Shown one piece after another: positions 23,599-31,911 of a DNA stretch of 64,000 bases. The stretch is from Balanoglossus misakiensis (taxonomy: Eukaryota; Animalia; Hemichordata), in the NCBI GenBank assembly GCA_040954595.2, contig CM082589.2, forward strand, positions 2,411,498-2,475,497, in the 5' to 3' direction. The translations under genes and the position numbers were made by a program. The first letter of the stretch is position 1. Every line of letters starts with the position of its first letter. The notes beneath the pieces were generated by a model. The model did no database searches. It had not been told where the DNA came from and was given only the letters and a program-made list of their open reading frames with translations.

Positions 23599-24582
23599 AT
23601 GGGATGCGGAGATTTTCGGGGGGATTTTCAATCAGGTCTGGGGGTACTTATATCCCTGGCCGTCGGGGTGGGCAGCTCCCTATCGAATCTGTGCATTGTG
23701 TTGTCGCAATACGGCGGTGCAAATCAATTCCAGGTGGGATTCATAATAGGATTCGGCGGTCTCATAGTGCTCGTGGTTGTATTGTCATGTAAAGGTATTG
23801 GACTCATCCCAGACACATGGCGAGACAGGGTCATCGTGCTAGCCAACGCCAAGATAATGACGCTTTGCGGCTTGGCCTTATTTTACGCCCTGCCGAGAGC
23901 TCCTCTGGGCAACGTCATCACCATCGTCGCGGCCGGACAGCCGATTTTCACGCCAATCTTCGCCTGCATACTGCTCAAAGAAAGATGGCGTCCAGTCGAT
24001 ATCGTCGCAACTTTCACGGACATCGCTGCCGTTATCCTGATCGCTCGGCCGTCTTTCCTTTTCGGCGCAGGCGCTAAATCATCATCCGAGGAACTTCTTG
24101 TTGCATACACTTTGGCGTTCATATCTGCCATCGGGCTGTCTCTAAGCTTTGTCCTCGGAAGACTGGTGGGAAAAACCGTGCACCCGTTCGTCACTACCCT
24201 CTACGTCAATCTGGTGTCCTCCATCGTGAATGGAATTCTGACGTTCGTCATCAGCAAGCCTGTCTGGAATTTCGTCTGGTACGTCTGGCTGGAGCTGCTG
24301 CTCGTCTGTCTTCTCGGAAATTTGAACGAAATCGGCAGATACAAGGCGCTGCAGCTGGAGTTCGCCCCAACCGTCGTGCTGGTCCAAAACATCCACATCG
24401 CAATCACGTACATCTTGGAGGTGACCGTTCTACACGAGACAGCCTATCTCCTTGACATCATCGGAGCCATCATCGTCTTGTCTACATCCATCATGGTCGC
24501 TGTTGTCACCTGGCGGAAAAACACGAGCACAAATCAAAATTTGGATGAGGAATCCGAACTACAAGGTTTGACTTCGAAGTAA
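23599..24582 (+). CDS. EamA/DMT-fold transporter, SLC35G1-like, copy 3 (intronless coding region, inverted relative to copies 1-2)
   Basis: 327-aa ORF with motifs FYALPRAPLGNV..QPIFTPIFACILLKER, IARPSFLFG and KALQLEFAPTVVLV. Confidence 0.9.
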   Translation: MGCGDFRGDFQSGLGVLISLAVGVGSSLSNLCIVLSQYGGANQFQVGFIIGFGGLIVLVVVLSCKGIGLIPDTWRDRVIVLANAKIMTLCGLALFYALPRAPLGNVITIVAAGQPIFTPIFACILLKERWRPVDIVATFTDIAAVILIARPSFLFGAGAKSSSEELLVAYTLAFISAIGLSLSFVLGRLVGKTVHPFVTTLYVNLVSSIVNGILTFVISKPVWNFVWYVWLELLLVCLLGNLNEIGRYKALQLEFAPTVVLVQNIHIAITYILEVTVLHETAYLLDIIGAIIVLSTSIMVAVVTWRKNTSTNQNLDEESELQGLTSK

Positions 24583-24709
24583 ATTGTTTGCAATAGAGAC
24601 AATAATTAATACGTTTGGTTATTTTCCTTTTACTATAGTTATTATTGGGAGGGGGTTAGAGATGCCATCTTGTGATTGGTTCAATATCTTAATTCATCGA
24701 TTAGTGATT

Positions 24710-24788
24710 ATATAATATTTAAAGCCTAATCACTCCGCTCAATGATATACCTATTATTATAAGGAATGGGTTAAAGAGCCTGATGTTG
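24710..24788 (-). repeat. Split direct repeat B2 (3' terminus of the element)
   Basis: atataatatttaaagcc...gagcctgatgttg is identical to 25032-25110. Confidence 0.95.
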
Positions 24789-24918
24789 GTAATCATGAGC
24801 GAAATGATAAAAAGGGGGTGGGCGGGTGGGCGAACACCTTACCCGATCCCCACTTCCTCCTACATAGTCACCTTATCCCCCTCCTGGGTACTCGATCCTA
24901 ATTACATCTTAACTTCTA

Positions 24919-25110
24919 TAAGTCTGGAAGCAAGGGATTGGCCACAAGTAGCATTCTCTTCTTACTTATATACACTGGTCTTATGAATATTCATGGCGTA
25001 ATAATCTCGCTATGTGATAAGGCTTTGAATAATATAATATTTAAAGCCTAATCACTCCGCTCAATGATATACCTATTATTATAAGGAATGGGTTAAAGAG
25101 CCTGATGTTG
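24919..25110 (-). repeat. Internal B1-A2 junction (B1 25032-25110, A2 24919-25031)
   Basis: A2 is identical to 31070-31182 and B1 is identical to 24710-24788. They abut at tttgaata|atataata, mimicking a circle junction. Confidence 0.95.
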
Positions 25111-25334
25111 TCCATTTGCCCGCGATATTCATTATTTATAAAACTCTCCTCAAAGATTCCCCCACCTAAATCCCCAATCCTCAAACCTCAATCCCCACTC
25201 CCCCCACTGGTTTACGTCAATAAGGAAACGGACGAAAGAGGAGTGTCCAAGCCACAAGTATATACTATTTATTATATTGAAACTACCATGTAGCTGCGTA
25301 TAATATAACAGATCACAGAAAAGTCGCCCACATT

Positions 25335-26603
25335 TTACTTGGCCTGAAAAGCCCTTGTGAATCCAACAAGTTTCTCAGTTGCATTATACCTTTCAATATG
25401 TCGCATGGAAGCAAGCAAATCCTCCGTTCTATTGCCTTGGCGGCCAATATTGGCAACAACTGACAGCTTAGTATAATAATCAGCCATCTTCTCAGTTTTC
25501 CAACCCACATGACTCATGACTTCATCTACGTGAGCACCCGCTAACGACATAGTGATAGCACACGCACTTCTCAGACTGTGTGGTGTCTCACCTTCATCCA
25601 TATTAAGTGATTGTAAATAAAGTTTAAGCCGATGATATATAACCTGCGATGACAAAGGTTTGTTCTCTATATCACCATTAGGTTTAGTGGGTCTAAACAA
25701 ATACCCAGTCATGATATCTACACCTAGATTTAAAGACAAATCAATATATCGCTCTAAAGTATTTACAGGACACAAACGGGTATCCGCACATCTCTTAAGT
25801 ACAAACATATTTGAATTACATCCACGAAGAGTCTTCCCAAATGTATGATTGAAAAGCAAACCTGAATTATCGGGGAAACGAAGAACCTCCTGTGTCTTAA
25901 TGTGACCCAGATCCCCTGCTCTATCACCTGAGAAAAATAAAAGCTTAAACACGGCCATGTCTCTAGCATATATATATGCTAAGAGTGGTGACGAACATGA
26001 AGAGAGTAACTTTAACAAATGCTCAAAGACGCAAATGACCTTCGGCAAAAATAACGGCTTAGCCTGTCTGACTGTCACATTCGCTTGTGCCTGCTCCTCA
26101 GAGATTTTCTTTAAATACCTTTGCACCATTATACTATCAGTGGGGTTACAAAAACGCTGATTCGGATTTTCTTTTTGTCGTGCTTGAAAATATGAAGAGA
26201 TCTTAGATATCATGTTTTTGGCTGAACCTATCCTCAGACGTTTAGGACAACCGCATGGCGCACGACCAGGCTGACCTAAGTATGCACATGTGTAACGATG
26301 GACTTGCGTTTTCGCATCTTTATCCTTAAAGACTAAAAACCTAACAATATCGTGCGGGCTAGCTCGGCTTACAGGCTTGGGCACAGGGAGTCTTGCAAGG
26401 AATAACTCAAGTTCTTGTATTAAGCGGTCTTTCTGTTTCTCATACGGAGATCGATCCCCTAATAAATCCGAGATACGTTGGTCGATATGATGAAGGTCAA
26501 CACCGTTGAAGTCATTTAAACCGGTTCCTTGGATCGCTTTTGATGAACAGACACCACATGACTGAGATGTTGTATCATTCAAAGCACCACAAATCCAACA
26601 TGT
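25335..26603 (-). CDS. Retrotransposon tyrosine recombinase with an N-terminal C4 zinc ribbon and an ALOG domain
   Basis: The frame opens at 26603 after ttcttctAG with TCWICGALNDTTSQSCGVC (zinc ribbon). ALOG-like block SPYEKQK..FLVFKDKDAKTQVH..C..G..PCGCPKRL..GS..ISKI..NPTDSIMVQRYLKKISEEQAQA. Catalytic residues GDRAGDL (R), GKT (K), PHSLRS (HxxR), HVGW and DYY (Y). No ATG before the middle of the ALOG domain. Confidence 0.92.
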   Translation of the reverse strand, partial: TCWICGALNDTTSQSCGVCSSKAIQGTGLNDFNGVDLHHIDQRISDLLGDRSPYEKQKDRLIQELELFLARLPVPKPVSRASPHDIVRFLVFKDKDAKTQVHRYTCAYLGQPGRAPCGCPKRLRIGSAKNMISKISSYFQARQKENPNQRFCNPTDSIMVQRYLKKISEEQAQANVTVRQAKPLFLPKVICVFEHLLKLLSSCSSPLLAYIYARDMAVFKLLFFSGDRAGDLGHIKTQEVLRFPDNSGLLFNHTFGKTLRGCNSNMFVLKRCADTRLCPVNTLERYIDLSLNLGVDIMTGYLFRPTKPNGDIENKPLSSQVIYHRLKLYLQSLNMDEGETPHSLRSACAITMSLAGAHVDEVMSHVGWKTEKMADYYTKLSVVANIGRQGNRTEDLLASMRHIERYNATEKLVGFTRAFQAK

Positions 26604-26822
26604 CTAGAAGAAATCATAAGAGACACCCATTCATCAGTCTACTAAGACATAAAATATTTTATTTATTTCATACCAGATAATATTGACATTAATAGAAGAT
26701 ACACTTATAATATCTCTATCAAAATCCTAACGATCTTTTGCAATACTACAAATTCACCAAAGAAGAAAAACCATTTACTGTATACCCATCATATATCCCA
26801 TAAATAGTAACAACTACATGAT

Positions 26823-29045
26823 TTATACATCCCAATCGAATTTGACTGCCAAGAGGTCACACCGCAACTCATAATCTATATAACCCTGAGTAGAGGGGGC
26901 TTGAATAATACCTATTTCCCCTCGACTACCCAACTTTATAACCGCAGCTGCTAATTGATTAATAACGGGCCAATACGAAGCCAGAAAACGACCTCTCGGT
27001 ACAATCACTGTGGCATGTAATCTCTGACTAATGACATGTTTAAGTGTCGCAGCCACTAAGAAAAATGGTGGATACACATAAATGGTATCCTTGTCTGAGA
27101 AAACATGCCGGAAAAAATTAACACCCTCACATCCTATCTGAGGAAACTGTGACACATATCGAGATAACTTCTTATTAGAAACATCAGCCATGCCATCTAT
27201 ATGATGAGGACCAAAATTTTCCTCCAGGAATTGCCATACCACAGCGGTCAAAGTAGCATTTGACAATGATGTAGATCGAGAAGGTAGATCGGCATCATTA
27301 GCCTTAGAAGGTATATATGTAAGGGTAAGTCGAACATTGTGCTGAAAGCAGAAGTCAAAGATACGCTTCAAAATTTCATTCAAATCAACATCTTTTGCTC
27401 CCGGAATTCCCCCATTCCATGCCTGTACTATAGGAAGTGCATCGATATATGCATCAACTCGAGTATTACGAATTTGCTCTTGAAAACCAACCAATGCTCT
27501 ACACAAAGCTTCTGCTTCCTTCTTTATAATGGGAAAATCTTTCCACTTACTATCCCACATATCTCCTATAACCACCTTGTTATTAGCTACGTACATAACC
27601 GCACCCCATTTGTACTGACTTGCGTCAGAAAATACCCTTACCCCTACATGACTTTCGGTTGGCCAAATAAATTTACCCGCCGAATCTAAGATGGATTTCC
27701 ACTGTACAATCTCAGATTTCAAGCGTCCCCTTATAGGTATCAAAGCTCTACTCGATATCTGAGCTTTCCCACAAGCATTGGCCATTTGTCGAACATATAA
27801 CCGAGCGCATGGTAATGCTAACGTAAATGAAATGCATTTCCCCATTAATTTCTGCATTGTCAAAAGTGGAACTGCCCTCTGTGACAGAACATCCTCCAGC
27901 AAATTTAAAAACTTCGTTTTTTTATCATCCGGGATAGAAAAGGATCTATTCACCGAATCGACTGAAAAACCTAACATTATCAAAGATGTCACAGGATATA
28001 ACACACTTTTCTCCAAAGAGAGAAAATATCCTGCATCAATAGCGATTTTACACAATATATAAGCTGCAGCCTGTGCACATTGCAAACTATCCCAAGAAGA
28101 ACTTGCATCAGCTGGCAACTTTAATCCACCCCCATGCCTATCATCGATATATTGAATGCAAGGTACTCCCAATAATCTAGCATAACTAGTAACACAATAT
28201 CCCAAAGTGTGATATACATATGCCGATAACTTCCAACCAAAAGGTAATGAATTATTCACATACCACACCCCCGCCCATTGAAATCCTACATACATTCTAT
28301 CAGTATGTCGTATTAAAACGTGGTCGTACCCACTCTTATCATCACACTTAAACTGAAAATCGCCTTCAGCCAAGTATCTAGTGACTTCAAAAAGCTTATC
28401 TAAGTGGAACGGACGAGGTTCCGTCCATAGATTAAGAAAGCGCATGTCAATACACATACGCGGTTTAGACGGTTCAACCGAAATCGGCATAACCAAATAA
28501 GGAGGTTGGTGGCGACCAACCAACCCCCAAACTGATACTGCTCCAGCTTTAACACGTTCAGCGATAGTCTGAGCGATAAACCGACCATGCTGACGACAAT
28601 TCGGATGATTCTGAAACACCCTAGGGGGTGGAATATCATGATCATACTGTTGCCCTTTAAACTCCCCCTTGAAATGGGTAAAATATTGTGAAATACTAAC
28701 ACGATTCCTTATCCAGTCCATAATGTCATTCTTGTTATGTATATGGTCTGTAATCATGTCCCAATAATCACCATGTTCATGTATCTGCCCGGCCATGAAA
28801 TCTTCCGTATTCCGAAATACCAAGTCATCAGGAGTTGCAAACTCTACTCCGCGTGCTATCATAGCTATCGAAGGCGAGGTATGGTGAGGACCCTGACGAG
28901 GGGCGCCCCCAAGCGTTCTCCACGAATATTGGGTTCTCGGGACAGCATGCATATCCACCATAAAGTCATTTTCCCATACTGGTGGCTGAAACCAACAGCA
29001 AACAAAAGAGGATTCCATCAACAAAACGGTGATATCAACCGTCAT
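26823..29045 (-). CDS. Retrotransposon Pol: reverse transcriptase, RNase H and DNA adenine methyltransferase-like domain
   Basis: RT motifs KPRMCIDMRFLN, CDDKSGYDH, LPFGW and YIDD. RNase H motifs VFSDASQYKWG, KEAEA and NDADLPSR. C-terminal DIRS-type MT domain GPHHIDGMA..SQFPQIGCEGVNFF..YVYPPF. The true 5' end may be the splice acceptor at 28985. Confidence 0.95.
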   Translation of the reverse strand: MTVDITVLLMESSFVCCWFQPPVWENDFMVDMHAVPRTQYSWRTLGGAPRQGPHHTSPSIAMIARGVEFATPDDLVFRNTEDFMAGQIHEHGDYWDMITDHIHNKNDIMDWIRNRVSISQYFTHFKGEFKGQQYDHDIPPPRVFQNHPNCRQHGRFIAQTIAERVKAGAVSVWGLVGRHQPPYLVMPISVEPSKPRMCIDMRFLNLWTEPRPFHLDKLFEVTRYLAEGDFQFKCDDKSGYDHVLIRHTDRMYVGFQWAGVWYVNNSLPFGWKLSAYVYHTLGYCVTSYARLLGVPCIQYIDDRHGGGLKLPADASSSWDSLQCAQAAAYILCKIAIDAGYFLSLEKSVLYPVTSLIMLGFSVDSVNRSFSIPDDKKTKFLNLLEDVLSQRAVPLLTMQKLMGKCISFTLALPCARLYVRQMANACGKAQISSRALIPIRGRLKSEIVQWKSILDSAGKFIWPTESHVGVRVFSDASQYKWGAVMYVANNKVVIGDMWDSKWKDFPIIKKEAEALCRALVGFQEQIRNTRVDAYIDALPIVQAWNGGIPGAKDVDLNEILKRIFDFCFQHNVRLTLTYIPSKANDADLPSRSTSLSNATLTAVVWQFLEENFGPHHIDGMADVSNKKLSRYVSQFPQIGCEGVNFFRHVFSDKDTIYVYPPFFLVAATLKHVISQRLHATVIVPRGRFLASYWPVINQLAAAVIKLGSRGEIGIIQAPSTQGYIDYELRCDLLAVKFDWDV

Positions 29046-29310
29046 GAAATGTGGGGGCGCCCCTCGACAGGATCCTACAAATGGCAGGTTGCAAAAGCAA
29101 AGAGCCTAGTTAAGGCCCCTCCCATCGAGAGGTAACCTAAACCACATTATATATATGCATACGTACATGCAAATCTTCAAACATGGGACATGTACTTATC
29201 ATTCGTCAACACAAATAAACAAATATGCAGCATACAATAAAGACGGGTGTATTTATTTCATTATGTATCCCAAAATAACGTCATTACAGTCACTGAATTA
29301 CAAGACAAAT

Positions 29311-31063
29311 TCACGTTTCCTGATCTGGCTTCATTCGACAATTGCGGGCAAAATGACCAGGCTGGCCACATCTAAAACATCGGAAATCTTTCCCATACGA
29401 TTGCCTTCTCCTTCCTCGGCCATACGGACGAAAACGATCGTTGGAAGGCCTGTGTTTTAAGAATTTTGAAACTTTCGACGCAATCTCTTCTTCCTCTTTG
29501 TTACCCAGTAACAGAATGATCAAGCGTCCAGCGTCCTCTCCAAAATCATTCGCTTCAAACTGCGACAATACAGCTCGAAATCTCTGCAGCTTAGGATGCG
29601 ACACCAAAGTAGCTCTATCCACCAACGTACGTAGAGCACTCAACACCTGTGGTCTTGATGAGAAGGCTGGGGTATGCGCGAATTCCATCACTTTATGCAA
29701 GGCTTCATCTACAGATGCTACACCCGCTGTTTCTTCGATTTTGTCAACTTTCTTCATTAGCAGTGTCAACTTCTCATTAACCTGAAACAATTCAGGCAAA
29801 TATATCAGTCAACGTCACATCCTGATATCATCTAACAGTGTTACTTTACAATATCCCATGCGTAAGACAATTCCACTACCAGACACCATTTCGGCTACAT
29901 TCGAAGTCACACCCAATATCATGACCGTATTCCACAAAACAACATGCATGATACTATGAGCATACAGAACAATAGAAAGAACTTATGCAAATTCACAGGA
30001 GCACTCCACAACCATATGGTATCTTTTGAATGCACGCCCCACCTGGCATGCCTTAAACAATGTCCATTGTATGCGTGGCTCTAAAATAACTGTTACCCAT
30101 TCATATGCAAATCTACCTAATTACGCACTCCTTGCACACATTCCGTCATTCCAACCGTTGTACAGAATATCAAACATTGCATGGAACTTCAGTCGAATGC
30201 TTTTTTTTTTTTAACACACTCTACGATGCTCCCCGCATATTCCTTTATTGCTCTCCACTACATGAACAATGTTCATGCAGCTCCGCCCAGTGCTCACAGA
30301 ACACCTATTGTGCCACCACAGTAACATATTCGTGCAACTCCACCTGGTGCTCCCAGAGCGCCTACTATTGCACCATCCATAATAACATATTCGTGCAACT
30401 CCACCTGGTGCTCCCAGAGCGCCTACTATTGCACCATCCATAATAACATATTTGTGCAACTCCACCTGGTGCTCCCAGAGCGCCTACTATTGCACCATCC
30501 ATAATAACATATTCGTGCAACTCCACCTGGTGCTCCCAGAGCGCCTACTATTGCACCATCCATAATAACATATTCGTGCAACTCCACCTGGTGCTCCCAG
30601 AGCGCCTACTATTGCACCATCCATAATAACATATTCGTGCAACTCCACCTGGTGCTCCCAGAGCGCCTACTATTGCACAATAGTGTTAACAGTACACCCA
30701 ATAAATATAACAACATAATCGAACTAAACCGACCAAAATATGGCCGATGAAACATGTATGTACAAAACCTAGCCAAAGACCGAAGGACATTTACATTCCG
30801 CTAATGAGCCAAAAACTGATAATTACCTGCTGCTGCGATAAACGCTGATCTTGGCCATCCCTATTATTATGCTGAGCGGGCGTATCGCCTGCCACCACCT
30901 GAGCCTGAGAAGCTGCGCCTTCCGGGACTTGCACCGAAACACGTGTAGAGCTGCCTTGACTAGCTGAAGGCCCTGCTACATGAGCCTGTGTAAAAGTGGC
31001 CGTGGTAGCCGATAAAGGCAAGCTTGTGGTAGCCGGAGTATTACTGCGTCCGTCAGTCATCAT
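29311..31063 (-). CDS. Retrotransposon Gag-like protein, predicted two exons (31063-30827 and 29781-29311, ~235 aa)
   Basis: Zinc knuckle CFRCGQPGHFARNC near the C-terminus. The exon-2 frame lacks an N-terminal ATG. An upstream low-complexity frame (MMTDGRS..RLSQQQ) ends at CAG|GTAATT and joins in frame at tttcAG|GTTAAT. Confidence 0.75.
30322..30678. repeat. 61-bp minisatellite (~6 near-identical copies plus a degenerate copy at ~30260-30321) inside the retrotransposon's predicted intron
   Basis: The motif (c/t)gtgcaactccacctggtgctcccagagcgcctactattgcac recurs at 30331, 30392, 30453, 30514, 30575 and 30636. Confidence 0.96.
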
Positions 31064-31069
31064 CACTTC

Positions 31070-31182
31070 TAAGTCTGGAAGCAAGGGATTGGCCACAAGT
31101 AGCATTCTCTTCTTACTTATATACACTGGTCTTATGAATATTCATGGCGTAATAATCTCGCTATGTGATAAGGCTTTGAATA
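31070..31182 (-). repeat. Split direct repeat A1 (5' terminus of the element)
   Basis: Identical to 24919-25031. Confidence 0.95.
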
Positions 31183-31911
31183 TCACTAGAGCTCCACTCA
31201 CTGGTCACTACTAGCTTGTAAACACAGCCTGTACAATATGATCTTAACTAACTATAGTATAGAGATTGATATCCGTCAACTTTTACTTGCCCTATGGCCA
31301 ATTTAGAAGTTGACGGATAAAATTGTAGGAAGCGTTTTCATTTTGTGGTATTTATGTACCACTTCTCTTGCGACTCACTTACCATAGACCGAATTGTCTC
31401 AAGCTTGTTTCCTACCTCATATCCTATCGGCCCTGTAAATCAGTAACTCCCAGAATCTCACAAGACGTTTACTCAACGATTACAATTCACTGGTATCAGA
31501 CTGAAATCTCAGCTTCTCTGTAACGTACATGTAACATGGCCACTGCTTGATGCGTGTGCCAATTCCACGGGACTTGCCGCGGTCTCCCATTTTAACGTGG
31601 CCACTAACTTTGATGTTAGACGATGTTGTGAAGTTTATCAGACGAAACAGAAGTGTTGTGGAATTCTACTTTGTTTCCCTAATAATATCAAAACTCATTT
31701 TTAGAACTAGTATATTTAATGTGCCATGTTATGTCCGCACGAGCAGATATTAGGCACCAACAATGGGTTAATTATTTACCTCGAAGAAATAATTATAATT
31801 AACGAATCAATGCAAGATTAGCGCTGAGGAGGTAAATAGAAACTTGTATCTGCAGCGTCGGCATCTGGAGGTCCCTAGTCCGCATTAAGCTTACAGAGAC
31901 CGCCGGACAAA

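Larger units (their letters stand above)
24710..31182 (-). mobile_element. Full-length tyrosine-recombinase retrotransposon (DIRS order, PAT-like split direct repeats A1-gag-pol-YR-B1-A2-spacer-B2)
   Basis: Identical 113-bp A repeats (31070-31182, 24919-25031) and identical 79-bp B repeats (25032-25110, 24710-24788), with B1 directly abutting A2. Intact CCHC Gag, RT/RNaseH/methyltransferase Pol and ALOG-tyrosine recombinase ORFs. No conventional target-site duplication. Confidence 0.95.

Noticed and set aside
18120-24413. Multiple antisense or overlapping ORFs over the glycosyltransferase and transporter genes
   Set aside because: Expected shadows of GC-rich coding sequence, with no independent motifs.
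24775-25245. Possible hammerhead ribozyme (ctgatg ... cgaaa) near the B repeats
   Set aside because: The core reads CUGAUGU rather than CUGANGA, and I could not build the three flanking stems.
30322-30678. CRISPR-like appearance of the 61-bp repeat and of the satellite
   Set aside because: Units are contiguous tandem copies with no unique spacers, there are no cas genes, and the context is eukaryotic.
24710-31182. Classification as an LTR retrotransposon or Ngaro element
   Set aside because: There is no DDE integrase, protease or target-site duplication. Split repeats with a methyltransferase domain fit PAT-like DIRS better, though a phylogeny is needed for a final assignment.
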